From the NCBI RefSeq assembly GCF_009914755.1, contig NC_060937.1: a stretch of 64,000 nt of DNA; one strand, 5' to 3'. The position numbers were made by a program, and so were the translations under genes. Below, one piece after another: positions 27,168 to 41,568 of the stretch. Under the pieces are notes generated by a model. The model did no database searches and had not been told where the DNA came from. It saw only the letters and a list, made by a program, of their open reading frames with translations. The first letter of the stretch is position 1. Every line of letters starts with the position of its first letter. This DNA comes from the human T2T-CHM13v2.0 reference genome, Homo sapiens.

Positions 27168-27250
27168 AATAAAATTGACATTTGTGAAGCAATTTCTGGC
27201 CTTTTTCTCCGGGGTTTTCTGGGTCTGGTGGTGTTTTGGGTGATGGGGTC
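27168..27250 (+). terminator. Candidate intronic poly(A) site (AATAAA plus GU/U-rich downstream element)
   Basis: AATAAA 27168-27173, TGTA about 25 nt upstream, then ctttttctccggggttttctgggtctggtggtgttttgggtg. Confidence 0.55.
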
Positions 27251-28020
27251 TTTGTCTAACACAAGGCTTCATGTTAGTGAGGTATATTAAAAAACATGAG
27301 GATTTAAAAGCAGAGGGATTTTAAAAATGCAAGCTTACTGAATCTGCCTTTTCCTCACATTTTCTAATCTTGCTATCCAAGGATCATTGCACTAACCAGT
27401 AGTCCGTGGGCAGGACGTCTGCCTTTTGTCATTCTCCAGGTACAGTGGATCTTCCTCCACTGTGTTGGCGGTGCTGCTGACTGCTCAACCTGGCACCAAG
27501 GGTGGGGGCTGGTGGTGGTTTCTCCAGGGTTCATTTATACTGGGACCAAATTCACCGCCCTTACTTCATCAGCTCCATTCTAGGTAGGCTGTTGTATCTT
27601 GTAATTCCAAAATGCACATGCATGACTCCAGAGGGTGAGAACAGATGACAGGAAAATGGGGGTGCTCCTAGAAAACCGCCCTCCACCTTTTCCCTTAGAG
27701 ATCTTCAGCGTACCAAGTAGCAGCGAGCCTGAAACTGTAGACTGGGAAATTGAGAAAGCGCTGACTTTGTCTTTCCTTATCATGGTAGTAGACAGGACTG
27801 CAGGTTATTTTAACTTTGCTTACCTCATATTAGCTCTAGCAAATCTGCTTTATTAGTATAAATATAAGTGTTAGACAAAAACACTTAGGTTAGAAGTATA
27901 TTCTGAAACATCCCATGTAGCTTCATTGGGTTGAGATACAGATATTTGCAAAAGTGTATTGGCAAAGAGTGTCCTATACATATCATCTCCCTTGGCTGAC
28001 TCATAGCGGGTAATATATAC

Positions 28021-28327
28021 TTTTTTTTTTTTTTTTTTTTTTTTGAGACAGAGTCTCACTTTGTCGCCCAGGCTGGAGTGCAGTGGGGCGATCTCAGTTC
28101 ACCGCAACCTTACCTACCTGGTTCAAGCAATTCCCCTGCCTCAGCCTCCCAAGTAGCTGGGATTGCAGGCACCCGCCACCATGCCCAGCTAATGTTTTTG
28201 TATTTTTGGTAGAGACGGGGTTTCATCATGTTGGCTAGACTGGTCTCAAACTCCTGACCTCAGGCAATCCGCCTGCCTCGGCCTCCCAAAGTGCTGGGAT
28301 TACAGGCGCGAGCCACTGCGCCTGGCC
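28021..28327 (-). mobile_element. Alu (S-like)
   Basis: Poly-T then gagacagagtctcac...ccactgcgcctggcc. Confidence 0.95.
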
Positions 28328-29037
28328 ACATTTTCATATTACTATGGTATCCTTTCTCAAGGACTCATGGTACCCTGTCACTTTTATCTTATAAAGGGAA
28401 ATTGTGATAATATAATGACGTCTGCTTTTGCATGTTGAAGTGATCACATATGCCTGTAATGTGATGCTAGTGTTTCTGTCCCAAACAGTGAGAGACATGG
28501 AATGACATCACCAGGTATAACAAGCTTGCTTCTGTTCTTTGTAGAATGGGGAGTTAGTTGCTTGACCTTTCTGTTAGCTGTGACCCATTGTTACGGGACG
28601 TAGTGTGTCCTAAGTACAGCAGTTGCTTAGATGCCTGTTAGTATAGTTGTATTTTCTAATCATTTCCCCATGTCTCATTGTGACATAGACACTGTGTCTT
28701 TCTTGAGTAATTCTTAGAAGTAAGCAGTAGTTGGGAGATGAAATTCCTATTTCGGGATACACTATGCTTTTAAGCTATTTTAATTGCTATCTAAGCAGAG
28801 TTCTCTATCTTATCATTAATTATGTAATGAGGCTCCATTGAATCCTTCATACTTTGGTATCTTTATTAAGGCAGCTTTGACTTAGGAAAAAAACTAGAAA
28901 ATAAAGAATCGCTTTAGGTTTGCCATGGCGGGGTAGTCAAATCTTACGATTTGAAAAAGGTGAAAGTAGTGAATAGAAATCAGGTCCCAGAAAAAAATTA
29001 CTTTTTTTTTTCTTTAAAACTTCTCATCCCCAAACAG

Positions 29038-29225
29038 GCTCCCTGACTGGCAGTCCTCACCTTTCCGAGCTGTCTGTGAACTCGCAGGGGGGAGTGGCCC
29101 CTGCCAACGTGACCTTGTCTCCCAACCTGAGCCCCGACACCAAGCAGGCCTCTCCCTTGATCAGCCCGCTGCTGAATGACCAGGCCTGCCCCCGGACGGA
29201 CGATGAGGATGAGGGCCGGAGGAAG
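29038..29225 (+). CDS. FARP1: FARP1 coding exon 14
   Basis: caaacAG|GC...AGGAAG|GTACAG; 188 nt; SLTGSPHLSELSVNSQGGVAPANVTLSPNLSPDTKQASPLISPLLNDQACPRTDDEDEGRRK. Confidence 0.96.
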
Positions 29226-29284
29226 GTACAGGGCCGAGGGCTCAAGCGCGTGTGTGGCTGTGTGTGCACGTGTGTTTGTGTGAA

Positions 29285-29815
29285 TTTTAAAAATTGTACT
29301 AAAATATACATAAGAGCAAAGGTACCATGTGAGCCATTTTCAAGTGTACAGCTTGCTGGCATTAAGTACATTCATGTTGTTGTGCCACTGTCCCGACCAT
29401 CCATCTCCAGAACTTATCTTCCCAAACAGAAACTACATCCATTTGTCACTAACTCCTCCTTCCCCCTCCTGCCAGCCACTGGCACCTCATTCTACTTTCT
29501 GTCTCTATGAATTTGCCTACTCTAGGTACCTCATATAAGCAGAATCACCCAGTATTTGCCATTTTGTGACTGGCTTATTTCACTTAGCATTCTGTCTTCA
29601 TGGATCATCCATATGTAGCATGGGTGAGAATTGCCTGCCATTTGAGGGCTGAGTGATGTCCCGCTGTGTGTATAAACCACACTTTGTTATCCATTCTTCT
29701 GTTAATGGACAGTCATGTGGTTCCCACCTTTTGGCTGCTGTGAACATGAGTGTCCAGGTATTTGTTTGAGTCTCTGCTTTGAAGTCTGTTGTGTGTACAC
29801 CCAGCAGTGGAGTCA
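29285..29815 (-). mobile_element. L1MB-like 3' end fragment
   Basis: ccattttcaagtgtacag...attaagtacattc...ctctaggtacctcatataag...tggcttatttcacttagcat. Confidence 0.8.
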
Positions 29816-30433
29816 GGTGGACTCCTATGAGAAGTGGGCAAAATGGCGGACAACAGGCGACCTCCTTGCACTTATTGTTTAAAGAGAAAGCAAGGTTGAA
29901 TGGCCGGCCTCCTCCACGGTGGGGCTGGCTGCCCACCTGACTGACAGCCGCCAAGGGAGTTCAGGCCGATGATGCCACCAGCTGATCTCACCCCTGTCCC
30001 TTTAGACCCAGCTACCATGTGTTCCCACAATGTAACTTCCATGTCATGAACACCAACTCCACCAACGGACATAGGACGAGACAGTTCCTTTTTTATGTAT
30101 TTCCTTTGCCTAATTTGAGTCCTTTTGCTGACGGTAATTTTTACCTGGAAGGAAACCTTCCTAGACTATATTCTCATCATGGAAATCCATTATCTTAGCC
30201 TAGCTCCTCACATGAAACGGAGAGTAATTCATATTTATTCTCTTAACACAAAAAGGAGAATACATTCTTATTTATTCTCCTAACCCAAAAAGGAGAATAA
30301 GAATTTTATTTCTTGTTGATGCCAGCTAACAAAAGATCACAAGTTAGTAACATATCACTTTAATGAGGACATTCTCCGAGACGCATACTCAAAAATGATT
30401 ATTGCGCTTTGTTTCTTTTGCTGGGTTTTGCAG

Positions 30434-30523
30434 AGATTCCCAACTGATAAAGCGTACTTCATAGCTAAGGAAGTGTCTACCACCGAGCGAACATATCTGA
30501 AGGATCTCGAAGTTATCACTTCG
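30434..30523 (+). CDS. FARP1: FARP1 coding exon 15 (DH domain start)
   Basis: ttttgcAG|AGA...TCG|GTATGT; 90 nt; RFPTDKAYFIAKEVSTTERTYLKDLEVITS (DH first conserved region ExxxTExxYxxxL). Confidence 0.98.
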
Positions 30524-31600
30524 GTATGTGCAGTATTTCCCCAAAAGCATTCGATTACATGATTTATCTCAGCTAATACTCAGCTATACGGGGAGGCTGG
30601 AGCTAATTAAATGTTGGATTCGCTGACTTCAGTTGAAAGGATTGTGGTCCTAGGGTATAGAAATTAAATGCTAATAGTATATTTAATTGGGAATATATGC
30701 TATAACATTTTTGATAATGATGATTTTCAAGTGCAAAAGAAGGAAGTTCCTAAGGCAGAGAAAATTAAAATTAAACATTTTACCATCTGTGTGCACCAGT
30801 CCAGAACATGTCGTGTTTTGCCCATTGCCAAGTATAACTGCTGATTTTTGTTCACGGGAGACCTCGGAGGTGAACAGGAGATTCATTTTATCTTTGATAA
30901 TAAATTGAGCCTTGTCCGCAAAATCTGCCAGAAGACCGCCTTTTATTATTTTAATCAGTCCTGCTCAGTCTTGAAAACAAATTCAGGGCATTGCAGATGT
31001 CTTCCTGACCCCTGGATTCTGGGAAAGCACAAGCCAATTGGGAGGGAAATTGGGATCACTGAGTTTCTGATCCTCTGGGCTGTGGATTGTGTTAGGCCCT
31101 TGACAGGTGCTCGCTAAGCGTTGTGAACCCAGCTCACCTCAGCGACAGGAGTGACTTTGTGTGAAGGCTGTGGCTTTATTCCCAGGTTTGGCCACCTTCA
31201 TGCCCAGTGTTTTAACAAAGGAACAGAGATGGAAGTTCTTAAAGGAATGAAGCACAGAATATTCAGTGGTCATAAATTAGTGGTTATCCAGTGAATCGGC
31301 CAGAATGGAGGTTTTGATTCGAGTAGTTCCCCATTTAAGAGATTTCTCCTGGCTTTAACAGTCAATGGGTAGCAAACTGCAGAAAGCAGTAATATACAGA
31401 TGGGTGCTTCTTACCCCGTCTAAGGAAAGAAAGGGGAAGCAGTAAGGCCCGGGCAGCCCCGTGTTCCTGAAATGCCAAGAACCTCGCAGGAAAGCCCTGG
31501 CTCCTCCCAGTGCATTTGGCTGCATGTGACTTCTGGAGAAAACTGCAGACACTCGTCATTGATCTTTCCACCCGTAAGTGCATCGTCTTCTTCTTTCCAG

Positions 31601-31734
31601 TGGTTTCAGAGCACAGTGAGCAAAGAGGACGCCATGCCGGAAGCACTGAAAAGTCTCATATTCCCGAATTTTGAACCTTTGCACAAATTTCATACTAATT
31701 TTCTCAAGGAAATTGAGCAACGACTTGCCCTGTG
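31601..31734 (+). CDS. FARP1: FARP1 coding exon 16 (DH)
   Basis: ttctttccAG|TGG...CTGTG|GTGAGT; 134 nt; WFQSTVSKEDAMPEALKSLIFPNFEPLHKFHTNFLKEIEQRLAL(W). Confidence 0.98.
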
Positions 31735-33077
31735 GTGAGTACATTTCTACTTCCCAGCTACGTTCCTCCCTCCGTCTTGCTTGTGTTATTTTTATGTCGT
31801 CCCTGGGTAGGCAGCAGGCAGGAACAAAGATGAAAGGCAGGAAACTGGCTTACAACAAGTCAGCCTTCAAATGATTTTCAGTTAAATCCTACATGCGTTC
31901 AGATCTCATTTGCAGTTTCTTTCCTCTGGTTTGCAGTTCTTCAAGATGGATTTTTTTCCCTCTCTTATGATGATTATATGATTATCACAAAATAAAGACA
32001 GTCGTTACTTCTGGAGGGGCAATAGGGATTATAAAGAGTAGGGGCTTAGGAAGGCTTTGAGGGGTGCTGGTAATATTTTACTGGTGCTTGCTTTAAGTCT
32101 TTTATGAAGTACATACATGCCTTGTGCAGTTTTCTGTATTCTATTCCAGTGTTTAAAACATGCTTTGAAAAAGAGATGTATGTGGCGTGTGCATGCGCAC
32201 ACACACACTTTTACCTTATCTTGAATTATCATAAGGATCTGTTTTAATACATGAAATGCCATTTAAACAAAGACATCCAATGAATAATTAAAATAATAGA
32301 AATGACCTAAGTGTCCATCAATAGCAGATTGGTTAAAAATTATCTTAAGCCTGTCCATTAAATACCAAATGAAACATTAATGTGAGAGAAGAGGGAGGTA
32401 CAAAAAACCAGGAAAAGCTTTATGGACTGTCACATGCAGAATCCTCTACACCTTTACCTAAAATAGAAGGTTTTGTAGACAAATCCTATGGCAGTTTTTT
32501 AAAGACAATTATATGGAGAGAGACACATGGGGAGTTGATTGTCTACTAAACATGCATTTGAAAAATGCCAGGAGAAAATAGCAAAAAGTTTTTGGCAGAA
32601 ATAGAACCCGTTATGGGCTGTATCCTCACTACCAGTGAGAATTTGGTTTGGAGTGGCCTCAGGGGCCCTCAGTGACTGTAGGGCCTGAAGGAGCCCTATG
32701 TGAGGTTGTCCTGCCTCTGGTGATCCCAGACTGTGGCATTCAAGCGTCGGTTTAACAGCTAAGCAGAGCTGCTTTCTGTGTTGTGAAGCCAATATGCTGG
32801 GGCAGCGGGAGTTCTCTGATCTCCCTAAGTGATGTCCGGCTTTGTACATTTTTTATACCTGGAGGATAATTCATGTGCAATTCTCCTTCCCTTGAGAGAG
32901 GGAGGTGACAGGCATTACTGAGAGGCCCCAGTGGGGAGAGCACAGCCAGAATTGGAGAAATAATAGGTACAAAGTCAGCCTCGCTGGAAATGGGAAAAAT
33001 TGAAAATGCCACGTTAGCAAGAGTCTTGGTATTATGAATATAAGAGAAATGTCACTTTTCAAAATTAAAAATAAAAA

Positions 33078-33378
33078 TGTGGGCACAGTGGCTCATGCCT
33101 GTAAATCCCAGCACTTTGGGAGGCTGAGGCAGGAGGATCACTTGAGGCCAGGAGTTCGAGAGCAGCCTGGGCAACATAGCAAGACCCCATCTCAACAAAA
33201 AAACATTTAATTAGCCAGGCATAGTGATGCAAACATGTGGTCCCAGCTACTGGAGAGGCTGAGGCAGGAGAATCACTTCAACCCAGAAGTTCAGGGCTGC
33301 AGTGAGCTATGACTGTGCCACTGCACTCCAGCCTGGGTGACAGAACAAGACCCTGTCTCCAAAATTAAAATTAAAATT
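33078..33378 (+). mobile_element. Alu (J-like)
   Basis: gggcacagtggctcatgcctgt...ctgggtgacagaacaagaccctgtctc. Confidence 0.92.
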
Positions 33379-36300
33379 CTACCAAATGTAACTTTACCTT
33401 CCCCAGGTTGACCTAGAACCTTTCACGTGTGTTCTGCCTGTGTCTCATCATTCATACAAAGTTGAATGATGCTCTCATAATGGGGTCAAAGACCTTACAA
33501 CTCTGGAGAACCCATTTGGCAGTTTGTTCTCTGGCCAGCGAGACATGTGTTAGTACCGTCTTAGGCAAATCTTCCTGGAGGCTCAGGGCATCTTGAGCTG
33601 ATGTCACTATAGCAGTCTCAGTGCATGTGGCAGTTGATTTAAATAAGGTTGGAGAGGCCACACACAGGAAATGTCATCAGTTTGCAGTACCCTGAAAGCC
33701 CTTCATGGTGGCTTTGGCTGGCTCCCCATTGGAGGGCGCCACCAGAGAGAAATGCAGAGAGCTGTCTAATACGACTCATTTTAGGAGTAAATGCCGTACG
33801 CGTGGATCTTCCATGGCCATAAATCTTTACCTTATCTGTGAAAGAGTAGTGAGTTGCTTAAAAAGCAGTTGATATAATTTGATTCCCAGAGGGTTTTCAG
33901 TAGAGTATCTTTCTAAGATCCATAATGTAACCCATGTTTTACAGAAAGACATCAGAAGCATGTAAAGTTCTCAAAGCTAGAGAGAAAGCAGATAGTCAAC
34001 AAGCAGCTCCATCAGTGGGACCTGCAGTAGCCTTTCAACAATAGACCTAAACCAAATACACGACACTGGTCAGGGATCATTGGAAGGGGCTGCAGTGAAG
34101 TTAAGCTAATCAATTACTCAAGAACATGATGAGGAGGACCTGGTGTGGCAGGAATTCCAAGGGAAAAAGGCTGAGTGTGAATGAGTTTAGTATGAGCCAT
34201 AGACCAACACAGAGAGAAACCAGTGTCTCTCTAGATCTGCACCTCTCAGCATCGGCTCCTCGTTGAAGTTACCTCAAGCAGCCTGATATAACCCAGCCCT
34301 GTTATATCAGAGTCTCTGAGGGGTAGAACCAATGCATTCGTAGGTTCTAAACTTCCCAGGTGATTCCAAAGTGTAGCCAAGGTCAAGAACATTTGCCCTA
34401 AAATGCCTCATTAAAAAGAGCCCAGAGCCTAGAAAAGGATGGCTCCTTCAAAATTCAAGGTTCGGCACTCCTGCAGAGCACTACACCACACTCGGCTTTC
34501 ACGTGTCAAATGGGATGAGAATGCATTCCATTAAAACAAAATGACTGGATGAGAAGAGACTTTCCAAAGCATGATGGCTCCCATCAGGTACCTGCAGTCT
34601 GGTCCTGTGGGAAAGGGCATACGCATCTTCTTAGTGGAACCAGAGGACAAAATTGAAACAATGGAGTGAATTTCCAAAGAAGCACAATGTCTGAACACAG
34701 AAAAGGATTTCTGAAGCCTAAGTGCAGCGTGGCAGTGAGAGTCTGCCTTGTGAGGTCAGGAGCTCCTTCATCTCAGGGGTGCTCCAGCAGAAACTGACTG
34801 TTCATGTCCAGACAGGATTTGTCTGTGGAGCAAAACCCCAAACCTGGCGGTGCCTCAGGGTCACTGGGCTTGGGAACTGGAGGGGGCTTTGAAAAAGGCA
34901 GATTGCCAGGCCCTATCCAGTTCTCTTGAATCAGAGCTTTATTAAGAGTGAGACTCAGGAATCTGTGTGTTTTAAGTACTTCTTGGGGTGATCGTGATGA
35001 ATACCTTTTCTGCAACAACCGACCCTGCAGTGCCTCTGACAGTGCTAACAGTCTATGATTCCTTGGTTTGCATGCCATAGACTGGTTATAACTCTTGTTT
35101 CTTTAGTCTACAAGCAATGCATGAAGGAATATATTAATGAATGAATGAGTGAATGAATGAATGAATGAGTAGGTGAGTGTGTGCGTGGCAGGCTTTGCCC
35201 ATGGGGGACTTGCACTCTCAAAGGAGGAGGCAGGCACATAGGGCACAGAGAGCCGTGTCCTCTCACAGGTGTGGGTGTCACATCCAGGGTGGTCATGGAG
35301 CGTTGCTGCCAGTTCTGTCCCTGAGGACACACATGTACCATCATTGCCTATACAGAACAGGCAACCCTTGGGCTAAATCTGTTCAGTGAGAAGAATGGAT
35401 CACAGGGAAGATTATTAAGAAAGGATTCACCCTGGCTACTGACTGACAGACTGCGCATGTGTGTGTTCAGTGCATGTATGTGTACCCATGCCTTTCCTCA
35501 CGTTGCCGTGATACGGAAGCGCAGGTTGGCTCCTGTCGATTGGGATGGGTAAGATCCGAATTCGAGGTCACACCCCCGCCATGGGGCTGTCTTCAGCTGT
35601 AGGTGTGGGCCTCGTTGAACCGCATTTCCTCCTGGGTGAAATGTGGATGGCATCTCCCATGCAGGGTGTTACGCAAATGGCACAGTGTCTGGAAGGGGCT
35701 TAGTATACTGCGCTGCGCAGAGAAAGCGGGGAAGCTGATCATTTTTTAAAAATTAACTTTTTATTTGGAAATAATTCCAGAGAAAAGTTGCCAAGACAAT
35801 AGTGTTTCTGTATGGTCTGCACCCATCCTCTTCCCGTTAACATCTTATGTCACCATAGGAGAGTCGGCAAAACTAAGAAAACAACGTTGGTATGTTACAT
35901 TAACTAAAGTCCAGATTTTATTCCATGGTAATATTTTCAATGATTATCATTAATGGAAAGAGATCTAAAGTATAATATGCAGCAAAAGTTCCCCAGAATT
36001 TGGTATATAAGTGATCTAGTGAGTGTGACCTTCCCTTCGCAGTCCTGCATGAGACTGCAATATACTTCCATCAACAGTGGGGAAATTACAGGGCAGAGAA
36101 AGTCTCAGGAAGTTTTCCGGAATGATTAGGCTGAAGCTCAGTTCAGCAAACACACCTGCCCCTATCCAAATGTCACCTTCTCCTGAGTAAACACACCTGA
36201 GAAGGAGATGGACGCCCAAGGCCTGCTTCTTGCTGGCAAAGCCACATTACCTGCTTTCTTCAAAAACAAGGAAACTGGTTTGGTGAGTTCTAATAACTTC

Positions 36301-37155
36301 AGGAGTTCTTTTCCTTGTGAAAGCAAGAACAGTTTACTCAGCTGTTCAAATGAGTTCAGAGAAAGCCACTTAACAACCTTTGGCGTGCAGTCAGGACTCC
36401 CAAATGCCAGCCCTGAGGTGACTGGCAGAGGCTGAGTGCAAGGTGGCCAGCTGGGTTCCCCGAGACAGGTGGAAGGCCTGCTTTGCTACAGAGTGCCTTG
36501 GTAGATTCTGCAGGGTACAAAACTCCACTTACGAGCCAGCTGGGAGCTGGGAGACAGCAAGCAGTCAGTCGTACAAAGAGGCCCTCGGAATTGGCTATGG
36601 GGTGCACGCAGTTTTCATGGAGGATCAGCTGCATGTTTTAGGAGAAACTTTGGCCAGAGTCACGTGGAAAGCATGCGGGAGACTGGCTGGGAGGACCAGA
36701 CTGACTGAATGTCGAGATATCACTGAGCAGCCAAGGCTCTGTGAGACAGTGAGGAAGGAGAGGGGAGGCCACCTAGAGTTTTGAACACAGTCAGCTCAGA
36801 GGATGGTCATGAAAATGGGAGGGAAGTCAAAGAAGCCAGGAAGAAAGAAGCATACAAGTACGATAAGGGAAGATGAGCTTGCTTTGGGAATGATAATTTT
36901 GAGGGCCCTGTGATAAAGTGCTCCAAACAGTTGGAAATGTGGGTCCCAGGCTTTGGAAAGAAATGAGGCAGAAAGGTGTAGGTTTGGAAGTTATCCACAA
37001 GAAGAATCAGATCTTCAAGGAAGAGAACATTAAGAGGAAAAGAGAGCTGAGGGCAGAATCTTCTCGACTATACCTTTATGGCAGCTTGCTTTCCATAAAC
37101 GTAGATCATGGCAGCATAAAAACCAGCAAAGGAAACAGAGGCCACCAGAGGTTTG

Positions 37156-37190
<35 letters not shown>

Positions 37191-37737
37191 ACATGGGGGT
37201 GGAGGGTCCAGAAGATAGCCGGTCTTGGAGAATGGCAGCCAGGAGGGCAAGGATGGTTTGAGGAAGGTAGTTCCTGGTGTACAGGAGCAGACTCCGGGCA
37301 GGAGGAAGTCCTGCAGGGGTAAGAGATGTGAGAAGGGTGTCCTGAGGGATTGGAGATCCCTCCAGGGCAGAGAGGGGGCTCTTTCAGGGATGGGACACTC
37401 TCACAGCTGCTGTCAGGAGTTTCACAGAGGGAGCAGCATTGTGTTGCCGTGATGCTAGGTGGCTGAAATGGAGATGACTAAGGTCAGAAAATTGTTTTGC
37501 TGCCCAGAAAAATGGAGCATCTTTATAGAAGCACCAGTGAGCCATCATAGAATAAAAATGAATTAAATACTTTTCTCATCATTCTACTAGCTCTCTGAAG
37601 CTTCAAGTGTTTGTGCTAGGTATCATTAAAAGAAAAATCAGTGTTCATAGCAGCTTTATCCACAGTAGCCAAAAGGAAGAGGTAACCCAAATGTCCATTG
37701 ACATGAGTGGCTAAACAAAATGTGTGATCGAATATCC

Positions 37738-38274
<537 letters not shown>

Positions 38275-38893
38275 TAGATTCCATGTTCTTGAGCATAGCT
38301 TTGAGCTAGTTTTTCTTGGATTTTCTGCCTTAGTCGTGACTATATAGCTCACAGTGCTTTGAGAGCAAGCTGTTTCCCTGAGACGAGTGAAACCGTTTTG
38401 CCAATTGCCAGAATTGCAGGTGGGTTTCTACTAGAAGACACTTGAGAGAAAGCCCTCTCCGGGTCACTAGACGAGTCTGACACAGCTCTTCTCTTCTACT
38501 GTATTTTAATATGTGCCCTGTTGATAACAGGAATGATACCGGGGCTCACCTGGATGCTATCAAACCTGCCTGTGACCGGGTTGTCACTTTGGATCCTCTT
38601 ATTCAATTCGACCTGGTGGTAAACCTCAGGAAGGCAAGAAAGAAGCTATAGCTTTGAGCAACCTAAGAGTGTAATTGACAGACTTGAGGGTGGCTGAGAA
38701 TGGGAGGGCTTCTGTCTTCTGTGTTTCCCGCAGCTGCCAAAGGCGCGGCGTTCCCGGCCCATTGAAGATGCCTCTCGCACAAATGTCATCTTGACAAGTG
38801 GGCATGTGAATTAATGCTAAGACCAATGGGACTTTAATGAAAAATCCACATATATCACATGTGGCTGATACATATGTCATACACAATATGTTA

Positions 38894-39279
<386 letters not shown>

Positions 39280-41277
39280 TTAATGTAGGATCCGTCTGTT
39301 CCCACTTACTCATTTCACACTATGCTTTTCACTTACATAGACACACAAACATACATAATTTCATACTTTTTTCCATTTAGAATCATAGAGACTGCAGGGA
39401 ATAGTGAGGACAATGATGTGGTATTGGTGTTGCAAGTGAAGACTAAGAGGCTTCAAAAAAAGATCTATTTTCGGGGTGGAGCAAGCATCTAGAGATAGAG
39501 CAGGGGGACAAAAATGAACCCTCAAGCTCCAAGCTGCACCGCTGGCATGTGTGCTCTGAGGAGATGGCTCTTCATGTTGTGGCAAGGAGAGAAGGGGAGA
39601 GCTGGGTGATGAGTAAACACACTTGGGTTTACATTGGGCCCATGGGGTATGCAGTGTGCCAGTCACTGCCCTCTTTCATGGTTAAGGAATCTCCCGGGGC
39701 ACTTCACCACAGCCTGGCCAAATGTTACTGCCTTCCAGAAAACACGCCCTCTCAGAGGGAGCCCGCACCCTAGGGCTCGTGATGCTTTAGAGGACAGTTG
39801 GGAGATTTTATTGCCACCAAGGTCACCAGCACACTGTGAACTGTTTATCTGATGTTCTAAATGGGCTTTATGTTGACCCTGAGGTTGGGATGGTGAATAG
39901 GAGGGCAAAGTATTGATTTATCCTGGCTGGCTTTGCCCCTGCCTGCGACGACAGCCCACAAAAGTGTTTCCTGGCAGTTGGAGACAAAACTCGTCATACA
40001 GGCTGTCCTTCTGCCTCCTCTTAGGGGGGTGATGGGCAGAATACTCACAGTCCACCCTTGGAGGCAACCTTGCTGTTGGTCAGCCGCCCACCCACAGTTG
40101 GTCATTTTCATGTCCTTTACTTCTTCCCTGTCCTCAGTCTGCTGCTGAATGACTGACCAGCTCACGTTGTGGTGAACGAAGTTTTGATACGAGGTCAGGA
40201 AGACTTGAAAATTCATGACGTGTGTGGGTGTGTGTTGCGTCCTTTGCTGAGGTGATGTGTAGTTGCTCCTGGGAGTAAGTTAATCACATTGCACAGGTCA
40301 GAATTGAGCAACCAGGCAGCTTCTTAGCAGACTTTACATGGTTTTCCTAAGTGAAATTGTCAAAAGAATTTTCATCTTGGTTGCTGTGTGGTAATTACCC
40401 AGGCAATAAATATGTGGCCCTGCCTTGCAGACAAGGACCCCTTTCTTGTGAGGTTAACATCCAGAGGACGTGGTGGAAGAGTTATAATTACTTTTTCATG
40501 TTCTTGATAATACAGTGACCTTTTAGCCGTTCATAATAGAAGGAACACTTTGGCTTTATAGATTTGGAGGCAGTGACATGTAGAGGAAATAAAACCATGA
40601 GGATGTTTCTAGATGGGCAGCAGGAATTTGGATTTTGTCCCCGGTCCCTGGGGCTGTGTCCTGTGTATTTGGACCCAAGCAGGGCTGGGACTTGCTATGT
40701 GAGCTGGGGTGGGGACAGGATGGGACGAGAAAGACAGATGTGCTTGTGTTTGCAGTGACTTTAGAGGCCTCCAGCCTGTACTCACCACATCGCGTAGAGC
40801 TGACCCTCTTTACAATTAGGGATTTGCATCTTCCAACTGCACAGAGGTCTGATGGTGCCAACCCAGAGCCTTCTCTACCATGAACGATGCTGGGGACTTA
40901 GAGAGATACGGATGTGGGAAGGAAGGTTCTTTTGACTTTGAAGCTTTAACATCAGTAGATAATAAATAGTTGGCAAAAGAATAGAGAAAGTGAAATAGAT
41001 GACATTTGGCTTCCATCTCATTCCCCACCGCCCTCGCCCAGCGTCCTCTTCCCAGCCCTTCATTTTCTCTTGGGTAGGGGTGTGTCTATGAGAGAGAGGA
41101 TATTGCTTGTTACTGATGGAAGCCAGAATCCTCCCCATTTCTTCTCCCGCAATCCAGACTCTCACTAGAATATCTAAATGATGTCCTCTGAACTTAAGTC
41201 CTTTATTTCTGTATGTTCTCAAATGGCAGATCCATTCAAAAAATTCTGGAGCCAATTATTTAAGTTCCAGATAACAA

Positions 41278-41568
41278 GGCCAGGCAATGTGGCTCATACC
41301 TATAATCCCAGCACTTTGAGAGACTGAGGCAGATGGATCGCTTGAGTCCAGGAATTCAAGGCCAGCTTTGACAAAATAGTGAGACCCCATCTTTACAAAA
41401 ACAAACAAATTAGCTGGGATGATGGTGCACACCTCTAGTGGCTACTCAGGAGGCTGAGGCAGGAAGATTGCTTGAGACCAGGAGTTGGAGGCTGCAGTGA
41501 GCTATGATGATACCACCACACTCCACCCTGGGTGACAAAGCAAGACCCCATATCTTTAAAAAAAAAAA
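41278..41568 (+). mobile_element. Alu (J-like)
   Basis: ggccaggcaatgtggctcatacc...A tail. Confidence 0.9.
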
